Shown: piece by piece, positions 51,680 through 64,000 of the stretch
Layout: the number at the start of each line of letters is the position of its first letter
Position numbering within the stretch: the stretch's first letter is position 1
From: Geosiphon pyriformis uo1
Lineage: Eukaryota; Fungi; Glomeromycota
Length of the DNA stretch: 64,000 nt
Assembly: GCA_016748015.1 (NCBI GenBank)
Contig: JAAOMT010000571.1
Span: 494,892 to 558,891, forward strand
Direction: 5' to 3'
Notes under the pieces: generated by a model
Database searches by the model: none
Seen by the model: only the letters and a program-made list of their open reading frames with translations
What the model was told of the DNA's origin: nothing
Position numbers and translations under genes: made by a program

Positions 51680-53040
51680 TACGTGTTTGGTCCAATGATT
51701 ATAATTAGTTCCAGATCTCATGGAATCTTATTTAGTTGGACTAGTATTTTCTGTACTCCTAATCATGGAATATTACTGGTGGATGATAATACTATATGAT
51801 AATATGGTTTCAGTCAATTACTATGTGCTGCTTTGGTTAAGATTTTGTTGTTTCATCTTAATTTATAAGCTCTATTTCCAAGACTTTTTTCTATGTGAAA
51901 TGATCTATTCCATTTGGTGTCAAATTTTCTACTCCATTATTTTTCTGCTTTGGTACAATGCAAAAGTACTTTGTCTCCAATCTTGAATTCAACTGGTTTA
52001 TCTGGTAGTTGGTTATCATGTCTTTTTTTTTGTTTTTTTTGTGACTTTCAAATGTTATCAACTGCTTTTCGCTATTTGTTTTCTAGTGTCTCCATTAAGT
52101 TATATGTTCTTCTTAACAATGTTCTTTGAAAATTCTCTTTTGTTATTGGTTTTGTTGAATATGTTTCAACTTCTATCTTAACTGGTAATATTGCTGTTCT
52201 ACCATATACTAGTTCAAATGGTGTTGCTTGTATAGTGTCTTGCTTCATTGTCTGATAAGCAAATAATACTGATGGTATAAACAAATCCCATTTGTCCTGG
52301 TTTTCTTGGCTGATTTTGGCAATGGCTTTACACAATATTCTGTTAAACTTTTCAACTAGCCCATTTGTTTGTAGATGGTATGATGATAATAATGATTTTT
52401 TTATTCCAAATCTTTGACTTAATTCTGCTAATATTCTATTCACAAAGTGAGTTCTTTAATCTAATAATAGTTTTTTTGGACATCCATGTTGACATATCAA
52501 ATTTTGATAAACAAATTTGGCAATGAATTCTGCATCTGCTTTTTGAATGGCTTTTGCTTCTGGTCATTTAGTGAAATAGTCCATGACTACTGCAATATAT
52601 TTGTTGTCTCTACTGGTAATTGTTAATGATCTGACTAAGTCAATTCTAATGCAATCAAATGGTTGTCTTACTTTGATTGGTCTTAATGATTTACTGGGTT
52701 TTGTTTCACCTCTTCTCTAATAAGCATCACAATTTTAAACATATTGGATGATGTTTGGATATATTAATGGCCAATAGTATTTCTTTCTGGTTTTTTCCAT
52801 AGTTGTTTTTTTATGAAAATGTCCTGTTGTTGGATCTGAGTGCATGTTGAATAATATTGTCTCTTTTTCTGGTTCTGTAATTACTCTGGTTGGTTGATCT
52901 GAATTTTTTTTGTTTTTCTGATAAAGTATATTTTGATGGTTGATAAAATATTTTGATTGCTGTTTTATGTTGTTTTGTTTTTTTTGAGATAATTTCTTCT
53001 TAAACAATTGAGTATTTATATAATGTTGAAGTTGTTGGTA
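51680..53040 (-). pseudogene. pol: Integrase of G
   Basis: MHSDPTTGHF, QTNGLVEKFN, TPFELVYGR. Confidence 0.93.
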
Positions 53041-53089
53041 TTTTTGTATATTTATGTTTTGTTATATTTTTGAGTTGAAATGTTTTTTT

Positions 53090-54100
53090 TAGATTTGTCT
53101 CATTTGTGACAAACTATCAGCATTTCTATTGTTTTTTCTCTTTTTATAATGTACTGTATAATTAAATGGTGAAAATTCTATTTTCTATCTAGTATAACAA
53201 TTGTCTGCAAACTCTTGTTTCTGAATTGAAGTTAATCTTTTGTGATTAGTGTATACATCAAACTTTTAAGTATTCTTTCTATTTGATGACAGCCCAATAG
53301 ATAGCTAAGTGTTCCAGTGCTGGAGTTCCATAGTTTTTTTCAGCTGGACTTAAGCTTTTACTGACATATACTACTGAATGTTCTTGTCTGTCTGGTCTTT
53401 TTTGAGATAATACTGCTCCCAATGCTTGGCCAGATGCATCAGTTGTGATTATGAATGGCTTGCTATGGTCTGAATAGATTAGTACTAAAGCTTGAATAAG
53501 CTTTCTTCTTAATGTATCAAAAGCTTCTTGCTAAATTTCTGTCCATTTATATTTGGTGTTTTTTGTTTGAAGTTGGTGTAGTGGTTGAGCTATTTTGGAA
53601 AAGTTTGTGATAAAGCAGCAGTAGTATCTAGCAAATCCCAAGAATGTTCTTAGTTCTGTGAGATTATTTGGTACTGGAAAGTTCTTGACAATCTCAATCT
53701 TGTCTGGATCTGTTTTGATTCTGTCTTTGCTTACCACATGTCCTAAAAACTTGAGTTCAGTTTTTCCAAAGAAACATTTGGTTGCATTTAGCTTTAATTT
53801 GGCTCTTCTTAGTTATTCAAATACTTGTTAGAGATGATGCAGATGATCATCAAATGTTTTTGAGAACACATTGGTGTCATCCAAGTATACAACTACTAAT
53901 TTCTATAATACTCCAGTATAAACAATTTCCATAAGTTGCTGGAAAGTGGCTGGAGCATTCATCAAGCCAAATGGCATTACTTCAAATTCAAAGTTTCCTT
54001 CCCGAGTTGTAAAAGCTGTTTTTTCTTTGTCTTTTGGTTTCATGGCTACTTGCCAGTAATCATAGATTCATTAATGGCTGAATTAACCCATTGGCAAGCA
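53090..54100 (-). pseudogene. pol: RT (N-terminal deletion near 54060) + RNase H of G
   Basis: [31 protein letters not shown]. Confidence 0.93.
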
Positions 54101-54744
54101 TTCAATTGATTTCTTGATAAATAATCTTATGGTTAACTGGTAGTACTTTGTATGTTTTCTGTTTAATTAAAATTGTATCTCCAGTCTTGATTTGGTGTTG
54201 GATAATATCAGTTCTGCCAAATTTGTTTTCACTTGCAAAGATGTTATTGAAGTTATTAAGTAATATTTTAAGTTGTATACATTATAATAGATCTAAATTT
54301 TCCAAGTTTATCTGTTCCAATTGTTCTGGTTGGAGCAGATAATATTTTTCTTGTCCATATATGGTTTGAGATGTAATATCTAAATATTCACACAGTTGTG
54401 AAAAGTCTGGAATGATGTCTGGTAGTTGATCCTCAATTTTAGTGATTAAATATCCAATGGTAGTTCCTTTTGGTATCTCAATAAGTTCTCCCATATTATT
54501 GTAAATGAGAATTTTGATGTAACTGTGGTTTTTGGCTGGTATGTGTAAATTGACTAATCCAATTTTTTCTGATTTACAAAGTTTTGTTTCTGTTTCAAAA
54601 ATCTGAATCTGATCTTTCACTTTTCTTTCTATTCTGATCATGTACCTATCATATAGTGGAATGAAGATTGGTTGACAGATGGAAATAATTTCTCCCTTGT
54701 CAATAACTTCTTCCTTTGCCATATTGACTGGTACATCTATTCTA

Positions 54745-55140
54745 TTTGTGGACCCAAATACCTGTATCTTTCTTACTGTAATCTCTAATTCTTTCCTGTT
54801 TCTTACTGATACTAATTGAGCTACTTTCATCAAAGGCAAGAATATTGCCTGTGCTATCTTTTTGTTTGGTTCTATGATATAGGTCTTTTCTAAATCATTT
54901 TGTAGCATTACAATAATATTTCCTATATATTCTGTGTTAATTATTCCTTTTCTGATGTTGATTCTCTTTTTCACTAAACTACTTCTAAATATTAGTTGAA
55001 CCATTGTTGTTGCTAGAATTTCCAGTGTTACTTTGAGATCAATACATGTGCACAAATGTGGTTCCAATTTTATGGCATTTTTCTCTGAATATCTTAGATC
55101 AAACCTTGCATCTGTATCATGTGCACATTCTGGTATGATA
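54745..55140 (-). pseudogene. dut: dUTPase domain of G
   Basis: DARFDL, RSSLVKK, GIINTEYIGN, KIAQAIF, VFGST. Confidence 0.9.
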
Positions 55141-56279
55141 TCTTTATTGTTGTTACTATACTATCTGAGTTCTTGTTCCTTAGAAAGGTCAAAAAGTGCA
55201 ATGTATGTTTTGGCGTTTGAATTGGAGTCTGAATCACCATTATTTTTCTTGTTATATTGAGCAAAGCTGGAACTGTTGTTTTTGTCATTGTCATTATCAG
55301 AGTTTGAATTGGGATTGAAAATTGATTCCGATTCCAATATGTAGTTGTTGATTGGTTTGTCTTCTTCTGGAATTGTGTAAATTATGTGTGATGGTGGATT
55401 GTAGATGAAGTCACACTTATTACAATACTGAAAGTTGCATGGGATCAAACAGTAGCCACATAATCAAGTGTTTATTTTTTCCAAGCACTGTTCCTATTCT
55501 TCTCTAGTTGGTGCCAAATTTTGATAGTGCTCATAAAATTCTTCTGGGCCTGTTTTCAGGTCCAGGAAAGCATCTAAGTTGGGAATCAGAACAATGTTGA
55601 CTGGTTCTGAAGAGTTGTTTTTGATGTTCAATATTTTGCTAGATGTAGTGTTTTCTACTTTGGTATTTGCCATCTGTCAGATCTCGTCTTCATCATATGG
55701 GTAAATATCCAAACGAGAGATTGCTCAGTGCCAGACAGCAGTAATAGGCATTCCACGACTTACCCAGTCACTAATAAGGATCATGTATTGGCATAAAGCA
55801 TCGCATGTTCCTTCTCATTCAGGAATGTTGTTCCACATTTCTTCATCAAGTAATTGTTCCCTACAAGTGAGACATAGTTTGTTGTTCCACTTGCCTTGTT
55901 GTTTTGGGTAGTCATATTGTTCTCAGTAGTATGGCTTGTAGTAATAGTGTGTTTGTGTCTAGTAATCTTTATTGGGCACAATTCAAGCTCCCATGGAAGA
56001 AAGTTTTTTGCCACAATCTTGGCATTTGAGTGGAATATGTGGCAGTTGTTTTAGTGGCTTGTGTGAATAGGATCTCTCTCAGCCACTAGTTATTCCTTTG
56101 GTTGTTGTGTCTTCTTCTTCTATGTTCTCTTCCTTACCTTTCTCTTTATTGTCTCATAAAAGTACTGATGGTAGTTCATTGTGTTTGGTATTGGCCCAAG
56201 AGACTTGGTATGCTTCTCAAGTAGGTTTTTTTTCTTCTTCTTCTAATTCAATAAGTGGTTTGTCATCAGGAGTGGTCTT

Positions 56280-56700
56280 GAAGTGACCACAGGTGGCTGG
56301 CACACATGTGTGGTGACTGTTTTGGCTGAATTGCTGTTCTTGGGTGTTCTAGTCAAGCACAGCATTGGCTTTTAACAGCCAGTCATTTCCAACAAGAGCC
56401 TGATACTGAGTTGCTTCCATTACCAATACCTTGATTGGTATTATGATGTTGTTAACTTCAAATAGAAAGTTGTTTATTTTACCAATTAGAGTTTTGGTCA
56501 CTCCATTAGCAGTAATTATGCATGTGCTAGCAGTGCAATCAACTCAGTGACTGAATTGGTCTATGAGTTGTCATGTAATGATACTGCTGGCTGATCTACT
56601 GTTTAGGATCAGTTTAATGTGCTGATCATCAACTTTAGCATCAGTATACATTGTAGTGATGGGTTTTGATTCTAGGATAGCTCCACTGAATAACAGTATT
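56280..56700 (-). pseudogene. pol: Aspartic protease of G
   Basis: IKLILNSRSASSII, ALVGNDWL. Confidence 0.85.
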
Positions 56701-58955
56701 TCAACTGGTTCCTCTAATTCAAAAGAAAAAATAGCTGCTAGGAATCCATCATTGCAGATAGTTGCTGATAGGATATTGCTGGTAAGTGGCTTTTGATTGG
56801 TTTCCAGTTTAGTGAATGTAGTGTCTTCTGGGGTGACCAGGAGACTTAAATAGTTCTGGAAATTCGGATTTTGGGTGTACTCAGTGCCCAAATTCCATTG
56901 TCGAGATTCTAATGATTGCATAGAGGAACTAAGAATTGGTTGATAAACTACCATTGATAATCTCTAGCTTTGTTGTGTCAGTTTTGGCCTTTGGGTTCCA
57001 TTTTGAGATAAGTTCTGTAGCAGTGTTTGAATTTGTTGGGGCTGATAAATTACCTAAGGCTGTGGCTGATAGATGAGTTGGGACTGCAATTGATAACTAA
57101 CAGAAGTTGTTGGCTGATAAATTGGTGGTTGATAGATTGGCTGTTGCATTATAGGTAAGTAACTTGGTTAATATAGTGCTAGATTGAGTTGATAATTCAG
57201 AGCTTGAAACCAGTAATCAGAGTTTTGATATTGATTTTCCAATTGTGAGTTATTATTATAAAATCAGCAGTCAGCTCTAATATGGCCTTGTTTACCACAG
57301 TTATGGCAGACACATGTTTCTTGTTGCCACAGCTAATTTGACGATGATAATAATGATGATGATAAATGCAACTGATTTTGGAAACAATTTGTGTTTCCTG
57401 AGTTATTACATCATTGTAGTGGTTGATAAATTGCATGATTGTCAGCTAAGTATTCTTCCAATTTCTGATTAATTGAATTACTGAGTTGTTTCAATTTGGG
57501 ATCCAAGTCAGATAATCTATTCATGACTAGGTTAACAGCTTGGGCATAGTTTGCTGCAAGTTCTGCCAATTCAAAATCTCTCATATTGGTAACTGTGTTC
57601 TAGAGAGTTTGTGGGTGCATTGGGCATACACATTGAAGAAAGCTACTGTACAGTCCATGGATGAACTGGTTTAAGATCTGTGGTGCTGTAAAATAATTAG
57701 CCTGAATTGCTTGAATTTGGTGCAAGTTCCTGTAGAAGCATTCCAAATAAGTAGTAACTGCTTCAGTTTCTCCCTGTTTAATTGTAGTGAAGGCATTGGC
57801 TAGACAATTAATACTGTTATTATTACTGAAATATCCCAAGAATGCAATTTTAAATTCCTAGAACGTTTGAGATTTAACAGCTAAACTCTAATACCACAAG
57901 TTGGCAGTATTCTATAAAAAATAGGAAATTGTTTGAAGGGCTTTGTTGTCATTCCATCTATTGGCTGCAATGGCTTTTTCCATATCATTGAGCCATATTT
58001 AAGTGTTATCCTCTTCACTGGTAAATTTTTCTATTTTGGCAATTGGAGCATAGACCATTGGTTGTTGTTGTGATTGCTGCTGGATTTGTTGTTGGAGTAG
58101 CAATTATGGTTGTCATTGCTGTTTGGTGATTGGTGGGATGAGTGGTGGATTGATTTCAATTATTGGAGGTAAGTTTTGTTGATTAATTAGATCAGGGTTT
58201 TGATCATTCTGATTTTCCAAAGTTTGATTAACCAGAGTTTTAATTTCTAAATTTTTTAGGATTAGGTTTTGCTTGTTAACTTCCTGATTGCTATGCTTCT
58301 CTTCCTTGGAGTCGGTTATTTCCCAAGGACTAATGGCTCCGAAATCTGTTTGTGGTAGTGGTGATTGAATTCCTGATAGTGTTAGAGATTGCAATTTAAA
58401 TCCCTCAAAATAATTGCCATATATTCCTAATAACTCTGCTTTCTTTTGTTTACTTTGGAATAAGATTCTGTTTAGTAGCATTGTCATGCTTGCTGTAGCT
58501 GTGCTTATTATATTGATAGTGCTTCCAGGTGTGTAGTAATATAATGGATTAGTAGGTGAATCAAATCTTTGTTTCTTCCAAGTAGGTAGTTGGATTTGCT
58601 TTGGTGTTTCTGCTGGTGTTTGTAACCTTTCTTTATCTTTGTCGGCAAAAATAATAGGAAATCTCTGTTTGGTGTATTTTTCAATTTCCCGGTTTATTTC
58701 TGTAATTAGAAGTGCAAATAAGTGGTTTTGTAAAAGGGTGGTGCTTTGGAGCAATTCATTGAAGAAGTTGTTGAAGGCAAATTCTGAATCTTCTTGGTCT
58801 TTCAAGTGATATATTATTCTTTTGTTGACATAGCAATTGAAAGCTGATTCTGTTGGCCAACTATTATTTGTTAATCCAAGATAAGTGTGATAATATTAGA
58901 ATAAAGATTTTGCAAATCCTAAATGGTTTGTTCCTATTTCTTTGGATTCTGCCAC
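56700..58955 (-). pseudogene. gag: gag of G (GTG at 58955, capsid AUG near 58058)
   Basis: ORFs 58113-58805 and 57600-57839; CHNCGKQGHIRADC. Confidence 0.88.
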
Positions 58956-59017
58956 TATTTGGATGGGGTTGTTGGTACTGGTTCTCTGTAGGATTATATC
59001 TTACAGAAAGCACCAAA

Positions 59018-59880
59018 TGTTACAAGTAATTATTTGGGGTCTCAAATCAAATCACAACTCATAACTTGGTGCTCAATTGATTGAATGATGTTGATGGTTT
59101 CTGAAGATGATATTGACCTAAAGGTTTTGTTGTGAAGTTCTTTGTATAATAAACAGAGATTTAATTAATAGTGTTATCCATAACTTTCTAAAACTGCAGT
59201 TTCATCAATTTTTTTTTCAGCATGATGGCTGGTAATCTTTCTGGTAAGCTATCCTCAATTGAGTGTTCTACTCTTATTCCTGGGTCTTTTACCAGTTATT
59301 TTGACATCAGTACTTTACATGTTATTCTCTTTCAATCAATTAGTATACAATAATAAAATCACAGAAATGAAATAAACAAAAGAAAACAAAAGAAAACAAA
59401 AAAAATAAGCCAAGGCAATTTGCAAGTTAGTATTCCATCAATAACTGTGATCAAGAGCTATTGTTCCAGTATAGTTAAGTATTACTTGTTATCAACATGA
59501 AGTGTTAATAGTGAAGAGTGAAATTGGAGATAGTGAATAATTATTTATTAATATTTGTAATTTGAAAGGTTGCTTAAATTAAATCTAAACTAAGAGGTCT
59601 GTCTTTTTTAATTCTAACACTATTGCTATATATACATAATTAAGATTCCTTAATTCCTCAATTCTTCATATCAGAAATTCTAAAATTTCTGAAATTCTGT
59701 AATTTTTTTTGAGAGGAATTCTGGAATTCTGGAATCCTGCAATTCCTTATACAAGAATCTTAAAATTTCTGGAATTCTGCAATTCCTCTTGAGAGAAATC
59801 TTGGAATTCCACATTTACTATGGCTATTTCTGATTGGCTAATTTATATACTAATATACTTCCTATGTTTTATAAGTAATA
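59018..59880 (-). repeat. G 5' LTR
   Basis: Adjacent to the PBS (minus strand tttggtgctttctgtaag). Confidence 0.92.
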
Positions 59881-60323
59881 GTGAAAGCCAAAAAAGCCAT
59901 TACTGCCAACAATTGAAATGATGATAGGATCATTCAAGCATTGCTATTCTTTCTGATCAGAACTGTAGACTCATGGTATCAAAGCCTTGCAGAGAAACCA
60001 ACTGACTTTGCTGTCTTTAAACTTGCTTTTTTGCAATATTTTTGTGACTCCAACACTCTAATCAGATTCAAAATCAGTTCAGTATTATAAAACAAAAAGA
60101 TTACAAAGCAGTGACCACTTATCTTGAACAATTCAATCAAATTTTTTATCAAATCTAGACTATTGAAAGAGACTATTACACTGTGGCGCAAATCTTTAAT
60201 CAATTCATCAAAAGATTAAAGAGCAGTCTCCTCTGATCTGTAAAATTCTGCCACTTGACAAATCTACAAAAAGCAGTTACTCTTGCTTATGACTTTGAGT
60301 CAGCAGAACAAAAGGCTAACCAT
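59881..60323 (+). pseudogene. gag: gag of B2, continued
   Basis: AKKAITANN, QALLFFL..DSWYQSL, QIFNQFIKRL; collinear with B1 10985-11425. Confidence 0.85.
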
Positions 60324-61200
60324 TGTTACTGGAGGTTTTTGGTCTCTTTTCTTAAATGTTGTTGATGCCTGTTTGTTGTGAATTCACGTTTTCTGGATGT
60401 GGTTGAACCTCCAATAACTNNNNNNNNNNNNNNNNNNNNNNNNNNNNNNNNNNNNNNNNNNNNNNNNNNNNNNNNNNNNNNNNNNNNNNNNNNNNNNNNN
60501 NNNNNNNNNNNNNNNNNNNNNNNNNNNNNNNNNNNNNNNNNNNNNNNNNNNNNNNNNNNNNNNNNNNNNNNNNNNNNNNNNNNNNNNNNNNNNNNNNNNN
60601 NNNNNNNNNNNNNNNNNNNNNNNNNNNNNNNNNNNNNNNNNNNNNNNNNNNNNNNNNNNNNNNNNNNNNNNNNNNNNNNNNNNNNNNNNNNNNNNNNNNN
60701 NNNNNNNNNNNNNNNNNNNNNNNNNNNNNNNNNNNNNNNNNNNNNNNNNNNNNNNNNNNNNNNNNNNNNNNNNNNNNNNNNNNNNNNNNNNNNNNNNNNN
60801 NNNNNNNNNNNNNNNNNNNNNNNNNNNNNNNNNNNNNNNNNNNNNNNNNNNNNNNNNNNNNNNNNNNNNNNNNNNNNNNNNNNNNNNNNNNNNNNNNNNN
60901 NNNNNNNNNNNNNNNNNNNTATTTCGCTGAACTATTGATTAATTTGGGTGAACTATTCATAATTTCGGCAAATTTCTGTAAATTTCGGCGAATTTTTGAA
61001 TGTTACAAAGTTCAGAGTATTGTGTAATTTGATCATCCTACTTTCTGTTATACTAATTAGATTATTTTAATTGAATTGTGATATGTAATAATTGATTAAA
61101 TAATAAATGATAATTTGAAATGATATTAATATACTAATGAATTATAAGAATTATAAAGGTAATTTCATGCTAATTAATAACTAAAATTCTACTGGTAACA
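60324..61200 (-). repeat. E2 3' LTR (contains the assembly gap)
   Basis: tgttactgg...actggtaaca; homologous to 24471-25331. Confidence 0.85.
60420..60919. other. Assembly gap (500 N)
   Basis: Run of N. Confidence 1.
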
Positions 61201-61846
61201 TAATCTCCTCCTCAAGACTGAGCTCCATCAAAGTCCAAGCACTATCTGTAATATTGAGATAGTGATCTAAAATAATTGAAGTAATCTGGTCTGAAAATTG
61301 TTGAAATTTCAGTTCTGTGAGTTTGCCAATGTATTGGACTTTTGTTAGTTACAGTATTGGATTTTGTAGAACATTTTCACAAGTATTAAACAAGTCATAA
61401 AGTTTAAGAACTGCTCTAAGTTTGTAGCAAGTGTTTGTTGGTCCAGCTGCTGTTTTGAATTCATTGTGGATTTGTTTTTGTATAACTTCAGGAGTGAGAT
61501 TTGTTGCTTCAAGTTCCAGTTTTTGTTCATAAAGTGTTTTTCCAATTTGAAAGTATTTATAGATAGGGGTGTGTTCATTGTTCTGTTCATTAAGAAATAG
61601 TAAAAGTTTTTGTTGCATTGTAGTATTTGGTGGAATGTCAATAGGAGCAATTAAAAGATTTTTTTCTAGTGCCTGCTTCAAAAGTCTTGGTAATCTATTT
61701 TCAGAGTAACTTCTTGTTTTTCTTTTATAGGGGTGATAGTTTGGTAAATGATTTGTTACTGGGACTGTGGTTTCTTTCTGAATGTAATTAATTTGACTTT
61801 CATTAATCGTTATTAATAAGTCAGGGAGTGTTTTCAAGGCTAACAT
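61201..61846 (-). pseudogene. ORF3 of E2
   Basis: 165-aa ORF 61349-61846 continues past one stop: KYFQIGK...LKLYDLF...IGKLTELKFQQF. Confidence 0.8.
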
Positions 61847-62080
61847 TAATTTTTGGATATTTGTTGAATATTTCGGGGAATAATCATGATAAAATTGACT
61901 AATTATGAAAAGAGAGAATAAAGAAAATTATTTTTGGATATGGGGTTTTTATTTGTTTTTGGGTTTGGGTGTTTTGTAATTATTTACTATTTTTGTCTTT
62001 GTGTTTTTATTAAAGAATTATTGTAAAATTTAAGTGTTCAAGTTTGGTTGTTGTTCTATTATAATTATTGATTTTAAATT

Positions 62081-63420
62081 TCAGGGAATATCTTCAGGAT
62101 TAATTAAAAGGGAATGTGTACCAATTTGTGGAATTAATGGTTCAAGATTGTTTCTGGAATGATAGTGTTTCAATCTGTCTCTATGTGCAACTTTTGTTAA
62201 TATTTTGTCATCAAGTCTTAACTTATATGATCCATTGCCTAGAATTTCGTGAATATAAAATGGTCTATCCCATTTGTTTTCAAATTTTCCATTCCATTGT
62301 TTTTTAGCCTTAGTTCTGTGTAAAAGAACTTTATTTCCAACTTTAAATTCGTTAGTAATAGGTGGTAATTTGTTGTTATGGCTTTCTTTTTGTTGAGCTT
62401 GGGAATGTTCAATATGAGTTGCTGCTATTTTTTTTTTTCCTTCTAGTGTACTAAGAAGAGTGTAGATTCTTCTTTGAAGTGTCTCTTGAAAGTTTTTTTC
62501 ATTGATTGGTTGCACTGGATATGTTTCCACTGTGAAATTAATTGGTAATATTGCTGTTCTTTCATAAGTAAGATCAAATGGTATGTGTTTCATAGTATCT
62601 TGTTTTAGTGTTTTGTATGTTAGTAACACTGATGGAATAAAGATATCCCATTCTTGTTCAAAGTCTGTTGAGACTTTGGCTAGAGATTCACATAATGTTT
62701 TGTTGAAACATTCTACAAGTCTATTTGTTTGAGGGTGATAAGATGATAATAGAGATCTTTTGACATTAAACCGTTCACAAATTTCTTGTATCAAGTTGTT
62801 CACAAAATGTGTTCCTTGATCAGATAAGAGTTTAATTGGGCATCCATGTCTACAGATAATGTCTTCATAGATGAAATTTGCTACTGATTTTGCATCTGCT
62901 CTTTGGATGGCTCTAGCTTTAGACTATTTGGTAAGATAATCCACTGCAATTGCAATATAATGATTTCCTTGGGTTGTGATAGGTAATGGTTTAACTAAAT
63001 CAATTCCAACTCTGTTAAAAGGTTGTCCAACTTTGATTGGATTTAAAGGTTCTGTAGGGCAAGTTCCTCCTCTTCTTTGACAATTATCACAAGATTCTAT
63101 ATATTATCAAATGTCTTTTTGCATGTGAGACCAAAAATAATGTTCAAGGGTTCTTTGAATTGTTCCCTCTTTTCCCAAGTGTGCTGAAGATGGATCTGTG
63201 TGCATGTTGTATAAAATTGTTTTTTTTTCATTCTCTTGTACTAATCTGAGTGGCTGGTTTGGTTTTCTGTAATTTTTATAATAGATTTTGTTCTGGTATA
63301 TAAAATATTGTTTTGATTGGTGTTGTAAGTAGTGTTTTTCACTTAGAAACCAGTTTTCTGGCATGGTAAGAGTCTTCAAATAATTTTTAAGATTGCTGTA
63401 GTTTCTGGGATCTATTCTTG
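62081..63420 (-). pseudogene. pol: Integrase of E2
   Basis: MHTDPSSAHLG, VGIDLV, SDQGTHF, YHPQTN, KWDRPFYI. Confidence 0.95.
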
Positions 63421-63472
63421 TTTGGTTATTTTGTTGGTAAGTTGGTAAGTTGTGGTGGAATTGTTGTTGGTA

Positions 63473-64000
63473 TTAATCTTGTCTTATTTTTAAGAGGCTA
63501 TTCACATTGATATGTAGTTTTTCTGGTTTGTGGTGTACAATATATCTGTAGTCTGCTAGGAAGTCATTCCATTGAAACTGTTTGGTACTTTGTTCAGTTT
63601 TCTTTTTATTGAGCCATTTGAGGCCAATGTTGTCCGTTATTATGTCAAATTCTTTTCCATTCTTCAAATATTGTTGAAAATGTTTAAGAGTTCAAATAAC
63701 TGCAGCAGCTTCTAATTCAGTTGAGCTATATTTGAGTTCTGTTGGCTTGAGTATTCTGCTGGCATAGGCAATAACTTGTTCTTGGCCATTTTCATCTAAT
63801 TGTGATAAGATGGCACCAAATGCTATATGTAAGGCATCAGTGGCTAATTGGAATCGTTTGTTGAAGTCTGGGTAAGCAAAAACTGGGGCTGTTGTCAATT
63901 TTGCTTTGAGAATTTCAAAAGCTTTTTGTTGTTCTTCAGTCCATTTGTATGGTACGTTTTTGTTGATAAGATAATTGAGTGGTTTGGCAATTTCTGAGAA
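63473..64000 (-). pseudogene. pol: RT connection / RNase H of E2
   Basis: FQLATDA, VIAYASR, YSSTELEA, IITDN. Confidence 0.93.

Larger units (their letters stand above)
50103..59880 (-). mobile_element. G: full-length Ty3/gypsy element, family C, dUTPase-bearing, with a deletion in RT
   Basis: LTRs 50103-50965 and 59018-59880, PBS ~58998-59015, PPT 50966-50980, TSD gcag/gtga. Confidence 0.93.
48154..60323 (+). mobile_element. B2: family B element, 5' part (48154-50102 and 59881-60323), split by G and cut by E2
   Basis: LTR 48154-49196 homologous to B1, PBS 49199, gag continuous across the G TSD. Confidence 0.85.
60324..64000 (-). mobile_element. E2: family E element, 3' part (RNase H, integrase, ORF3, PPT, 3' LTR); continues beyond the window
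   Basis: LTR 60324-61200, PPT GAGGAGGAGATTA at 61201-61213, pol ORFs 62081-63898. Confidence 0.9.

Noticed and set aside
60352-60960. ORFs of 202 and 186 aa
   Set aside because: Artefacts of the N gap

Overview
The whole window is a nest of decayed Ty3/gypsy LTR retrotransposons. I found no host gene, RNA gene or CRISPR array, and there is one 500-nt N gap (60420-60919). I resolve 9 elements (5 with both LTRs) and 3 solo LTRs from four LTR families (my labels A, B, C, E), nested up to four levels deep. D0 (1-933, 20478-24470, +) contains B1 (934-20477, +), which contains A (1080-9739, -), which contains a solo LTR (8275-9242); B1 also holds a solo LTR at 16505-17982. D0 is then interrupted by E1 (from about 24471, +). 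E1 contains F (25805-46861, +), which holds H (27126-37308, -) and a solo LTR (41102-41984). E1 also contains B2 (from 48154, +), which holds G (50103-59880, -) and E2 (60324 to the window end, -). All coding regions are pseudogenised, mostly by C>T/G>A transitions. The element architecture is unusual. Gag has an N-terminal extension apparently starting at a conserved GUG, upstream of the capsid AUG. In B1 and the C-type copies a single gag-pol frame carries an unknown multi-CxxC domain and a five-motif dUTPase between protease and RT. There is no chromodomain, and an extra ORF of about 220 aa lies between integrase and PPT. Other features are 4-bp TSDs that always have a central YR step, a U5 hairpin that masks the PBS, and a frame-independent motif just upstream of the PPT. 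From memory only (not verified), the proteins resemble Gypsy families of Glomeromycotina fungi such as Geosiphon. Domain boundaries are approximate, and LTR and TSD coordinates were read by eye.
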